Source: Ylistrum balloti
Taxonomy: Eukaryota
Length of the DNA stretch: 64,000 bases
Reading direction: 5' to 3'
NCBI RefSeq assembly: GCF_031769215.1
Contig: NW_026782022.1
Coordinates: forward strand, 62,001 to 126,000
A program made the position numbers and the translations under genes. Below are positions 15,501 through 27,289 of the stretch, one piece after another (the first letter of the stretch is position 1; every line of letters begins with the position of its first letter). The notes beneath the pieces are model-generated. The model searched no databases, was not told where the DNA came from, and worked only from the letters and a program-made list of their open reading frames with translations.

Positions 15501-16484
15501 GTCAGTGTATAAATCATTTATTTAACATTGAAAAGCACAAAAATACTGCATATAATCATAATAATGTAGACTGTAAGATTTGAAGAAAAGCATTGTTATA
15601 AGATCAGTCATTTACTGTATTCTGTTCCAATTAATATAGTTATAATAATTTTATTATTTCAAGTATTCTATTTCAAGACATGATACCTTTCGATATACTT
15701 TTGTTTTGAATAAATCTGACTGCATTAATTACAAGTAATTATGATCTGTCAAAAATAATCAAACACGAATATTACAATAACAAATACACATCCTCACCAC
15801 ACAGGATGCTTCACAGAGCTTTTCCAGTTTTGGTCGAATGAAAGGTCTGAAAATAGAAGAAAATTAAATTATAATTATTAAAGAATACCCTGTAAAAACA
15901 CACATACTTGTACTTTGATCCATTTAATGAAAAAGAAAGAAAAATTCCACAATTGAAAAAATTATGATGGAGTTAATTTAATAATGTCAAAGGAAACAAT
16001 CACAGAAAAAAATCCAGATCTCTGAATTCACAACTAGTCCAAAAAGTGAAAAAGTCTAATTATCGAAGTCATATATACTTCATGAACACAGTGTATATAC
16101 TATGTACATTAACAGTTTTTGTTTGTTTTTTTTTAAATGTCAAGCAATTTTTTTCGTCTCAATAGCACAAACATGTCCAATGTTTATAAACGTCGTTAAA
16201 ATGCTATGTAAACGTTTCCACCTTGCTGACTGTATTATATCAATGGTGTTAGACCAGCGCAGACACATTCACGCGTCTAATTCTCTCCCACGATAGTATT
16301 CACCATGTCTGTTTATTGTGGTTGCACCACCATTTACAAACTAATGCATAACGAAATCATCGACATATGTCAACAAGTCGAGTATTAATTACCTCGTCTG
16401 CCGCCAGAAGAACGTCTGGATAGGCAGGGGGATCGTCTGATCTCCATCCAAATCATCGCCAGATATAGTTTTACGTTTGACCAT
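501..16484 (-). CDS. UNC80: UNC-80 (NALCN channel complex subunit); N-terminal ~1838 aa, gene continues beyond the left edge
   Basis: N-terminus MVKRKTISGDDLDGDQTIPLPIQTFFWRQT..RPKL..CEASCV.SFERV resembles human UNC80 (MVKRK..IPLPIQTFLWRQT). Further matching motifs: ALGCPHGCGDG, DFLHAFLGFCVEP, GLFCDVRQF, ARASLLLECAHFIHRCN, PVAWELMLE. Phase-consistent GT-AG exons (transcript order): 16393-16484, 15798-15846, 15317-15479, 12088-13949, 11453-11754, 10793-11064, 10173-10354, 9803-9963, 8042-8183, 7355-7511, 6782-7015, 4566-4750, 4126-4341, 3858-3993, 3454-3702, 3032-3175, 2761-2877, 2412-2602, 1841-2053, 501-948. Confidence 0.95.
5569..5782. repeat. Degenerate ~55-60-bp tandem repeat (4 copies) with internal inverted repeat GACATCTG..CAGATGTC
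   Basis: AGACATCTGC(A/T)GCAGTCT-like heads recur four times, separated by TA-rich spacers. Confidence 0.7.
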
Positions 16485-17048
16485 ATTTCTGTTTTAACTA
16501 TTTTTGAGATGATAAAATACTAGTTTCCATGTTCAGGTCGGTGATCAAACCTTCTTTGATCCCTTCAAGATGGCCGCAGACCGGATACATTATCGAAGAG
16601 AGGAGAGAGGATGTTGATGAGCTGCTGCTGCTGCTGCGATTGAACTTTTGACCTTTCCGAGACAGGGAGATAACTCAATAACAGTGCGCGAAAATAGACA
16701 TCACAAAACAAATTTATATAACTTTAAAATAGCCGTTTAAATCTCTGTAAGAAAACAGATTTTTAAAAATTTGATTTTGAATAGTCTATTTATGTTATTG
16801 TGTGTTCTCCCTTCTCCTAAATTTTGATTTATATTAATTGTTGCAAATTTCCGTATTTCTGTCTTCCGCGATTGATTTATTTATTGCTTTTTCCTTAGTA
16901 TTTCCTGTGATGAGTCCAATAATTTTTTTATAACACGTATTTTTTTGTCTGAGCTCAAGGGACTGATGTGAGAAATAACCATCTATATAACAATTTTGTG
17001 AAATGGAGCTGTAACAGACGAACATCTTTAATTTGATCGAGGCACAGA
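16485..17048. promoter_or_regulatory. Shared bidirectional promoter and 5' UTR region of UNC80 and STX6
   Basis: The two ATGs are only ~565 bp apart, head-to-head. A YY1-like AAGATGGCCGC lies at 16567-16577 and a short (CTG)n at ~16620-16638. Confidence 0.7.
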
Positions 17049-20000
17049 ATGTCTCTGGAAGACCCATTTTTCGTTGTCAGAGAGTAAGTCACTTGACAAA
17101 CAAATACACGACAGTCAGAGATTTTGGTCAACACTGTTCGTTGGTGGAAGATTATAGAAATACAAATCAAGCTAAAGGCTTACTATATACAGAACTATAC
17201 CAACGTTTAAAGATAATTTAATTCTCAAACCAATACAAATTTTATAAGTATATGTGTAATCTCAACTGTACACGGTCGCTGGCCCGGCGTTTCTTTTTAA
17301 TACAGAAACACATTTTACGTTGTGTTTATTTACACACTTTCCAAGAAATTTAGAATTTCTTCTTCCAGGATGGTCATTTACTGTGATTAGTTGTCATTAC
17401 TGTTATGATCAATTACTTCTTTGATACTGATATCTACTTGAAAAGAAGGCTGAAGAAACATTGATATATATTGATCTCTTTCCGGTCCTGGCAGAGGACA
17501 CTATAGTTTAAACTACAGTCAGTCTGTCGGATTTCCTTGTGATTACAACTCTTACGTTATGTTCCACAGTGATAAAGCTTTTCAGAAATGACATCATTTG
17601 TATTGTTGATTCTATATAAATCATTATTTCTTTTATATATATATATATATTATCAATGCCTCCGCTACATGCTCCCCCTCCAGGAAATAACTTGTTCTTG
17701 AGTTTCCAGGGGTTACAGCGATGCTGGTGGGACATGGCTAAGTACTGTTCCCGGGTCCCTACCTGGGCGCCAGTGTAACAGAGGACATTATTTATTTCAA
17801 TGCCTCTGCTAGGAATCGAACCCGTGACCCCTGGCTACTAGTCTGATACTCAACCATTTGAGCTAAAGAGAAGTTCTCTCTAGTCTAGTGGTATATTGCG
17901 ACTAGTATTTTACCAGGGTTACATATATATATACATAAATTGTGTTGGTTTTGTTTTTAGTTTTAGCCCCTTTTTCAACTTAAAATTTTTTTATCAGATA
18001 TTTAGCAAAAAGACATTGGATTAAACTAGTTTTGTTGTGTTTGTATATAATTTTTCATAAAAAAATAATAGCAAAACATTTTAAAATGTAAAAATTAAAT
18101 ACAATGTATGCTAACTTTTGTGAAAATGTTGCTAATGAATTTTCATGTTTTAACAAATCCATTCTTTTTATTAATTTTTAAAGATGGTCAATGCTGAAGA
18201 AAATGTCCATTTTCTGATAGAATGGGACAAAGAACAAATATAATTGTGCATCCCTAAGCCTGTATCCCAGATTGAATCTATATATCACTGATTTCCAAAA
18301 ACTAAATAACTAATGAAGAAAATCCTTATCCGATCAAACTTGTCAGACTGACTAGATGATAAATATAAATTAGGCATCTATATTTGGCCCCCAATCCCAA
18401 TAATGCTTTGTGCATATCACATGTAATGATGTAAATAGCATGCCGAAAGAAAAATACATGTGAAAGAAGACTACCACAGAATCTGCCACAGAGAAGAGAA
18501 AACTAGGTCAATTTTACATGATGTAATCTACAATATTTCATAAATGATTGTTACCTGATTATGACAGAAGTATGCTTAAAGAGTGTCCAGATTCAATGTC
18601 ACACATGATGATTTAAGAGTTGTCTGTCAGAGCTCAGCACCTCTTGCACATGGTAATGCTGAATTGTATTTATAAATGTAATAATACCTAGATCCATAAC
18701 CCTGATATAATAAATTCCCAGCCTGTCACCTCATTCAGAATACTTGCATATTAAGGGATTCTGTAGGATCAATCATTTTATGTATTTTCAAATGAAATAT
18801 TTTCAAATTTACAGTGAAGTACAAAAGGCTGTTCAATCATCTCGTAATTTGTATGACCGATGGTGTGAACTCCTGGAAAATCCAAAGTCAGTATCTAAGG
18901 AAGAATATGATTGGACAACCAATGAGTTGAGAAATAGCTTGCGGAGTATAGAATGGGACTTGGAGGATTTGGAGGAGACCGTAGATATCCTTTATAAAAC
19001 AAGATATATGTATAATTTTGTAAAGGTATATACTTCAGCAGTCATATTATTTTAGCCCTATCCACACTGAAATATTGTCCTAATATCAGTTTCTGTATGC
19101 TGTTCAAATTTCAGTCTCTGTATATTGTTTACATAACAACTATTATCGATGCACAATGAAGTTTTATAATCCATACAGGTTCATTGAAAAAAAAAGGGCC
19201 TGATGTGTTTCTTTTTCACTGCATGTCAAAGATCACTGAACAAATTTGGGGAAGAGGCATGCAGAATGTGATGGTGTTTTTCTACATGCATGTGTTATTA
19301 AAATTGAAAAATTTAAGGATTTTATAAAAGACCCACAATTATAAAAATAATATCTTTCAATACAAATCATATATTTCTACGTATCGAATAATGAACACTA
19401 CTGCATCCTTAGAGCTCATTCATCTGACGAGGATTCTTGATTGGCCCTTGGGTCAGAAGTGTAGGATCGAGTTCAGAAGGTGAATTAGGGAAATCAAAGT
19501 CACCTTTAAGGAATGTCAAAATATAAAAGGATTCAATACAATATTTTCATTATTTCTACTAGATTTTTCTCCTCTATATTCTTCTACGATACATTAGATT
19601 TATTACATTTCAGAATTTAACATACCTGGTACATGTATATTCTCCTTTCATATTTAATTGACATCAAATGAGATTTTATGGATGTTAATGTTTGTAATAT
19701 TGTTATTATAGTAATTGTAGTCTTACATCAAATGACTTTGTAGTACATTCATACATGGTTTTCTTTAACATTAAAACGTATTGTGGAAAAAAATCCAAAG
19801 AAGTTTAGAATTGATACCTCAGAGTTGCTTGACAGAAGAGCTTTCATTGATCGAACCAAGTCAGCTGTCCTGGTAAGTGATTGTTTTTCTGATCATTTTA
19901 TATTTTTTTTTTATTCTTAAGACCCGTGTGTAGTCTTTAGTAATAGATATGTTTCATCTTATGAATATTTCAAATGAAGCATATTCAGTATATCTTTGCT

Positions 20001-23000
20001 AGTCATCTAATTATAGACTAGGTTTCAGCAAGGACTTTAAGTTACCCAACTCTTATGTATGCACACATATATACATTATAAATCATTTGTTAACAAAATC
20101 AGATCATTGTTACCTTCCAATACCCCCTCTAACACAGAAATAAAGGAAAGAGTCCAATAGTATTTAAGACACAGGAATAGGAATGCATTACAGTTACTCC
20201 AACTAGCAATGATAAAATGTATAGTCTTCATCATGTCTTTAAAATCAATTGTGAATGAGTGTCTTTAAAGGTCTTGGTTTAAATTTGAATGAGACAAATC
20301 AAATTTCATGAAGATTTTTGTTTCTCTCCAGCAAATGAAATCTCACTTAACCAGTCCAAAAGCTAAGCCAAAGGAAGATATGGGACCTCGGCAGGTAATA
20401 TTGAATGTCTGAAGATGTGAAATCAAAATTTGGGATGTGCAGAATGGATGTAGTTTGAAAGGTTCCATTATGAAATGTTATCACATTGTCCTATATAGAT
20501 CAAAAATGAAAAAAAGTAGGCTAGGCAAATGTCATCAGTATCTAAAATGATTACTTATAGTATACAATTATGATCCTTTGTTGCAATCAAATCACTGGAG
20601 GTCAAGGTTGATATTTGTGATCTGAGCTCCACAAATCCTCATATCAATTGAAACAAAGTTCCATAACTGTCTTATTATATTTAGGATTCAAAACAAGAGC
20701 ACAGGTTGCTCAAAGTAGGATTCCATGCAATTTAAGTTGCATCTAATTCCATAATATTTACAATTTCATGAATTTTGCATCTTTGATGAAATATTGTATT
20801 GCACTCTCGCACAACTTGCCAGACATGTCAGACACTCTTACTGACTGAAATTACATGTCACAGAACAATTGCGTAAATGTGTGATGTGATGTTTTATTGC
20901 TGTTGCAGAGTGCAGGTTGATGTGAAATGAAATAATATGTGATAGCTTAACCTTTACTAAGACATTTTCATGATGGAAAATTATTACAATTTTGTAAAAT
21001 ATTGAACAATAAGGCTGTACTTTATGGTTTTACATTTATTGTTAACAATAATTCCTGTCACTGTGATTTATACTACTCAGGCATTAATATCTAATGGAGC
21101 TGGTAAACAATATGATCGTTACACCAAACTGGACCAAGATATGGAGCGTGCAAACCAGAGGTTTATAGATGACACTACCCAACAGCAACAGGTAGTATAC
21201 TATTAAACAAGTCTGGCAATAGGCAATTCACACCAATCCAGAAATAAGATAATACAATATCACACACTCCCAGAGACAAGGTAGCACAATATCACACACT
21301 CCCAGAGACAAGGTAGCACAATATCACACACTCCCAGAGACAAGGTAACACAATATCACACACTCCCAGATACAAGGTAGCACAATATCACACACTCCCA
21401 GAGACAAGGTAGCACAATATCACACACTCCCAGAGACAAGGTAGCACAATATCACACACTCCCAGAGACAAGGTAGCACAATATCACACACCCAAACATT
21501 GGGTAGCACAATAGCACACAACAAGAAATTAGGTTGCACAATATCACACACCCAAACATAGGGTAGCACAATAGCACACACCCAGAAATATAGTAGCATG
21601 ATAGCACTAAATCAGTCAAAAGTAGCACATACAAACATAGAAATAAGATATATCATATGAACGTAGAAACAATGAAGCACAATATACACTACAGATAAAA
21701 AATGGCAGCAAAATATCAATTAAATCAATAAATCAGAAATTTAAATCAAATGCCATTTTTCATAATTACTTAAATGAAACTTTGGTGCTTGTTGTACTTC
21801 TGACAGTAAGAGATGAAGTAGTTCACTTTGAAGCATAATTATGATACGTTATTGGAATCTTAAACTGTTTCTGTTTTAGCTCCTGATAGAATCTCAGGAC
21901 GACCAGTTAGAGAAGATAGGGACCAGTGTTGGGGTTCTGAAAAACATGAGTCACCAAATAGGCAACGAACTAGAGGAACAGAATATGTAAGTGTATTACA
22001 TTCAAATGAAAAAAAAGTATGCTAGAGAATTTTGTTTCTCCCTCTGTGTTTGCATGGGTTCTCAAGGTATTCCCTCAAAATGTAGACCCTAATAAATTGA
22101 AGAGATTCACAGTTGCTGTCACATATAGTTAGTTAATATTCAGATGTTTTTATGACTAAAGGATTAGTTTAAAGGTTTTGATTTCTTTCTAGTATAAGTT
22201 TTGGAAATTTCTGTTTCACACAGAAAATATGTGTATGAAATATATTTTTCTAAAAATACCTGAAAAATGTTATAAAATTAAATGCATAAATTATTTCAGG
22301 ATTGATTTGAATGGATTTTACATTATTATAGATACATAGAATTTAATTAAACATGTACTTTATATAAGGCATAAGCTAAGCTTTTATGTGTTGAAGAGGC
22401 CCCTTTATGGTACCAAACTGTAAACATGCTGAAGTAAATACTTTAATTTGATTTTTATTAACATGACAAAAGATTTATGATCTTCTTTAAACCACTGCTT
22501 CCATTCAAAATTATTACTTACTGTACTTCTTTTCTAGTAAATCAGAAGAAACGTTACAAACTCTGATGATATTTTCTTACCGTGTGACAAACATATTTTC
22601 CAAAGCCAAAGTTTATGCTAGTCTCAAGCATATAATATGTTCAATATTTTTCCACAGCATGCTGGATGACTTTGGCCACCAGATGGATACAACAGAATCC
22701 AAGATGGATGCAACTATGAAAAAGATGGCAAAAGTTTTACACATGTCTAATGGTAGGTACAACTCATCCCATGTCTAGTGGTAGGTACAACTCATCCCAT
22801 GTCTAGTGGTAGGTACAACTCATCACATGTCTAATGGTAGGTACAACTCATCACATGTCTAGTGGTCAGTACAACTTATCACATGTCTAGTGGTAGGTAC
22901 AACTCATCACATGTCTAGTGATCAGTACATCTTCTCAAATGTCTAGTGGTAGGTACAACTCATCACATGTCTAGTGGTAGGTACAACTCATCATATGTCT

Positions 23001-25015
23001 AATGGTAGGTACAACTCATCACATGTCTAATGGTAGGTACAACTCATCACATGTCTAGTGGTAGGCACAGCTCATCATATGTCTAATGGTAGGTACAACT
23101 CATCACATGTCTAATGATAGGTACAACTCATCACATGTCTAATGGTAGGTACAACTCATCACATGTCTAATGGTAGGTACAACTCATCACATGTCTAGTG
23201 GTAGGTACAACTCAGCACATGTCTAATGGTAGGTACAACTCATCACATGTCTAATGGTAGGTACAACTCATCACATGTCTAATGGTAGGTACAACTCATC
23301 ACATGTAATGGTAGGTACAACTCATCACATGTCTAATGGTAGGTACAACTCATCACATGCCTAATGACAGGTACAACTTATCACATGTCTAATGGTAGGT
23401 ACAGCTCATCACATGTCTAGTGGTAGGTACAACTTATCACATGTCTAGTGGTAGGTACAACTTATCACATGTCTAATGGTAGGTACAACTTATCACATGT
23501 CTAGTGGTAGGTACAACTCATCACATGTCTAATGGTAGGTACAACTCATCACATGTAATGGTAGGTACAACTCATCACATGTCTAATGGTAGGTACAACT
23601 CAGCACATGTCTAATGGTAGGTACAACTCATCACATGTCTAATGGTAGGTACAACTCATCACATGTCTAATGGTAGGTACAACTTATCACATGTCTAGTG
23701 GTAGGTACAACTTATCACATGTCTAGTGGTAGGTACAACTTATCACATGTCTAATGGTAGGTACAGCTCATCACATGTCTAGTGGTAGGTACAACTTATC
23801 ACATGTCTAGTGGTAGGTACAACTCATCACATGTCTAATGATTGGTACAACTCATCACATGTAATGGTAGGTACAACTCATCACATGTAATGGTAGGTAC
23901 AACTTATCACATGTCTAGTGGTAGGTACAACTCATCACATGTCTAGTGGTAGGTACAACTCATCACATGTGTAATGGTAGGTACAACTCATCACATGTGT
24001 AATGGTAGGTACAACTTATCACATACCTAGTAGTAGTTACAACTTATCACAAATCTAATGATGAAACATAAAAAAAGGTGAAGAGCCAACACCATACTTT
24101 TAGTAAAGTTTGAGTAGGTTCCGTGGTCCATTGCTTGGATACCTCCAGGTATGCAGGACGATTGAAGAGTAGAAGGAACTAAAGGGTTAGAGGCAATCGC
24201 AACAAGCTCAGGATTCTAAAATATTATTTATTACTGTTTGTCTACCGGTTTCGCCCAAAACATATGGGCTTCTTCAGAAATATTTCAGAACCCTGGGCTT
24301 GTTGCCATTACCTCTTACCCTTAAGTCTAATGGTAGTTACAATGTATCACATATCTAATGGTAGTTACAATGTATCACATATCTAATTGTAGTTACAATA
24401 GATCACATGTCTAATGGTAGTTACAATGTATCACATGTCTAATGGTAGTTACAATATATCACATGTCTATTGGTAAGTACAACTTACAATGTGTCTGATA
24501 GCAGGTACACCTCATCACATAATTAACAGTTGATATAACTTACCTGTGTCATTGAATATGGAAAGTTGGAAAGCATTTTGTGCTATTTAAGGCTCAATAT
24601 TTACCTTGGATATCCTTGTGTCTTGACCATCCACCTTACAAGATATTTGTTGTATTGCAATATAACAGGAACATATTGTTTTATTAATTTATTTTAAATT
24701 TATAATCTAAAAGTATGCAGCATAGATCTCAACAAGTATCGGAGGACATACTGGAGGGTCCCATTAGATAATATTCAATTTCAACATCTTATGCTTTCAT
24801 ATGTTGATTAACGATGTACATGGAATCACATTTACCTTGGTTCAAATGTTATTTATACCTAAAGACCATTTCATGTAGTACTTGGCACTGTAAGTGTTGT
24901 GACATTAAGTGTGTTGTTTTTTTCTTCTTCTTCTTCAGATAAACGACAGTGGTGTGCAATATTTGTTCTTCTAGGTGTATTACTTATTGTTGTAATACTT
25001 TTCATGGTGTTGTGA
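17049..25015 (+). CDS. STX6: Syntaxin-6 (Qc-SNARE), 250 aa, complete
   Basis: [43 protein letters not shown], a SNARE motif ([33 protein letters not shown]), and a C-terminal TM ([22 protein letters not shown]). Exons: 17049-17083, 18815-18984, 19778-19872, 20332-20394, 21081-21191, 21880-21986, 22658-22752, 24939-25015 (753 nt). The frame is open only if intron 2 is spliced as AT-AC. Confidence 0.96.
17653..17923 (-). mobile_element. tRNA-derived non-autonomous element with split direct repeats, embedded in (TA)n
   Basis: Minus-strand A-box AGCTCAAATGGTTGAG (17849-17864) and B-box GGTTCGATTCC (17812-17822). Repeat pairs at 17653-17667/17797-17811 and 17706-17717/17913-17923. (TA)n on both flanks. 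Confidence 0.65.
18985..19777 (+). other. U12-type (minor spliceosome) AT-AC intron, STX6 intron 2
   Basis: The 5' end is ATATCCTTT (18985), the branch point TTCTTTAAC is at 19761-19769, and the intron ends in AC at 19776-19777. Removing it joins ETV-G-IVEKNP in frame. Confidence 0.92.
21255..21640 (+). repeat. 30-bp minisatellite (CACACTCCCAGAGACAAGGTAGCACAATAT) in STX6 intron 5, decaying rightward
   Basis: About 8 near-perfect copies, then divergent copies. Confidence 0.93.
22739..24060 (+). repeat. 28-bp minisatellite (~47 copies), unit CACATGTCTAATG|GTAGGTACAACTCAT, spanning the STX6 exon 7 donor; degenerate copies continue at 24326-24520
   Basis: Direct reading. The first copy overlaps the last 13 nt of exon 7 plus the donor. 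Confidence 0.97.
24061..24325 (-). mobile_element. ~265-bp insertion interrupting the 28-bp minisatellite; carries the hammerhead motif (retrozyme or Penelope-like fragment)
   Basis: Non-repeat sequence bounded on both sides by TCTAATG of the satellite unit. A TSD cannot be distinguished from the unit sequence. Confidence 0.6.
24182..24322 (-). ncRNA. Type I hammerhead ribozyme-like motif closed by a long stem (possibly degenerate)
   Basis: The minus strand reads CUGAAGA-A-GCCCA-uauguuu-UGGGC-GAAA-CCGG-UA (24277 to 24243). It is flanked by 44-nt inverted arms at 24182-24225 and 24279-24322. Confidence 0.75.
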
Positions 25016-27289
25016 TCTAAATGGATAACTATCATTGCAATGCAAAGCCATTATTCAGTCTTGACCACTGATATGAACTTCATCAAGCAGAGGATGCCTT
25101 TCAAACACAACATTCACCTTGCCCATTCCTGGAATATTGTTTGGGTAAAATGTAAGTTCAGTTCTCTAGTCAGAGTTAAACTTGCATGTATGGGACCTTA
25201 GCTTGAGACTGCCAAGGTGATATCTGAATTTGAAGATGTTCATCTCATTCATCTGAGAAAGACTGCCGTTAGTAAGTGACCTATGACTGAGGAGACCTTC
25301 AGCCTTTTCAGGATCACAGAAGATGTCATCCGCTGGATTGGCTGTCGTGATGCAGTTGTAAGGAGGTCAATGTTCCAGCAGTGCAAGAGTCAATATCCCA
25401 CTGATGTTTTCAATATTAAATTTGTTTTATTGTAGGTGAATGTTAAATTTGAGTTACTGATGGTGAAAAAATTTTAAGTTCATGATATACCCTACATGTG
25501 AAAGTGATTGTTATTAGGTTCAATATGATTTGAAGAATTATAAGCAAGAAAATTACTGTATATCGTGAATTTCTGCGTGTATCAAATTTTTGAGAGTCTA
25601 GCAATCTGTTAAAATTCACAAAAAAAAAATGAAATTGCAAAATTTACATGTTTTCTTCTTTTTATGGTAAACACAAGTGTAAAACATTGATAGAGTTCAT
25701 GTGCCCATGTGCACCTGAACACATGAGTAATACATCTAAAGTGGTGCCGTACCTACATGCACCTGAAAACTTTCTAGACATGAATACTTTCATAACAAAT
25801 AAATACTAGTTGGTATTTAGATCTCTTATCTAAAATGACTGGTCAGTTAGATCTTCAGTTGATGTTTGAACCTACACTGGTATATATGTAACCTATGTTT
25901 ATTCTAAAGTATTCAAAGTCTTCAAAAGATGCCTTTCAAATTTCTGAGATGATGAAATTGCAAAAAATTTAATAAACAAACATTACAAAAGTACTTATCT
26001 AGGATTTTCATTAAAGTTGCACTGCTCAAAAACATTCCGATATATAGTATTTAGTGTCAATCTCGACATTCAGCCCAGTATGAAATCTGTTTATCTCATC
26101 TCTAATCAAGAACAGAACATTACTTAGAATTCAAATAATACATCATAAAGCATTATATATGTCAGGATTATCAATATAAATATTTTTCACCAAAGACCAG
26201 TCGACATGAAATTTAAAATAGAACAAAAATTTATGTGATGCTTTTGCCTTAGTAAAGTATAAATAACGATGTCATAGAGAAGTCATATTTATTACCCAAT
26301 GTAAACAGTGCACTTGTACCAAGGCAAAATGTGTTGTAAAATAATAAGCTTTCTATGTACCTAAATTCTGCTGACATAGTCAGCATTATGTGACAATAAT
26401 TGATTATTTATTCTGTGTTGTTGATGAGAGAAATTTTACCCATTGTTTCTGGAAGGTTGTTACTGATTGGGATGTGAGCTGGTATGTTTTGAGAAAATGA
26501 ACTCGGTTATAAACTGAAAGTTAATGACATTTTAAAATGTATGTTATTTATTTTCATGTATTTTTAACTGTGGATATGTATGATATATGAAAATGTATTT
26601 TGTGTGCAGTAAAAAGATCTAGTGACTGGATATTTTTAGGATTTTCTTACAAAGCTTGGTATAGATATCAGTCAGCAGTGCATTTTTTACATCATAAACA
26701 TTGTTTAAGTTTTACTTTGTATATATCAATGATTTATAGATAGATGGTCGCTATATACATGTGTTCACTGAAGAAACATGCCTTTATCAGCATAAAGGAA
26801 GACCTTTACAGAAGAACTGTTTGATGAAAGAAGATTAAATCTTAAAGACTTTGTCAAAGACAGAATGTTTTTCAGAGAATGTCTTTCAAGTTAGGAGCTG
26901 AATATCTTTTTAATTCTTTCAAGAACTGATGAATACACATTACATTGTAAGATTTTGGGAAAAATGCTTCAGATATTGGGAAGGCAAATTTAGATATTGG
27001 GAGAATCTTATCAATATTGAGATGATAAACTGACATTGTAGGTATTGGGACCGTAAACTCATATTTTCAGTACTTGAAAGGTAAACTTATACTTAGGTAC
27101 TATTAAGAGAATGAACTCATTTTGTCAGTATTGGAAGGGTAAACTAACGGTTAACTTAGGTACGTTGTAGATATTGGGAAAATAAATTATATTGTGAAGG
27201 TAAACTTAGGTACATGGTGGATATTAGGAAGGTGACCTCATCTTGTCAGTATTGAGAAGAGGAACTAAGGGTAAACTGAGGTACGTTTT

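Noticed and set aside
17800-17870. Intact tRNA gene (also B-box words at 33723 and 57002)
   Set aside because: A/B boxes are present but I could not build a complete cloverleaf with acceptor stem or find a poly-T terminator; treated as element-derived.
19424-19490. CTGACGA.. second hammerhead candidate (and several CTGATGA words elsewhere)
   Set aside because: No stem II followed by GAAA and no UH triplet.
22739-24060. CRISPR-like regular repeats (also 1-330, 41690-42128, 45640-46210)
   Set aside because: Head-to-tail units with no unique spacers, no cas genes, and a eukaryotic intronic context; these are minisatellites.
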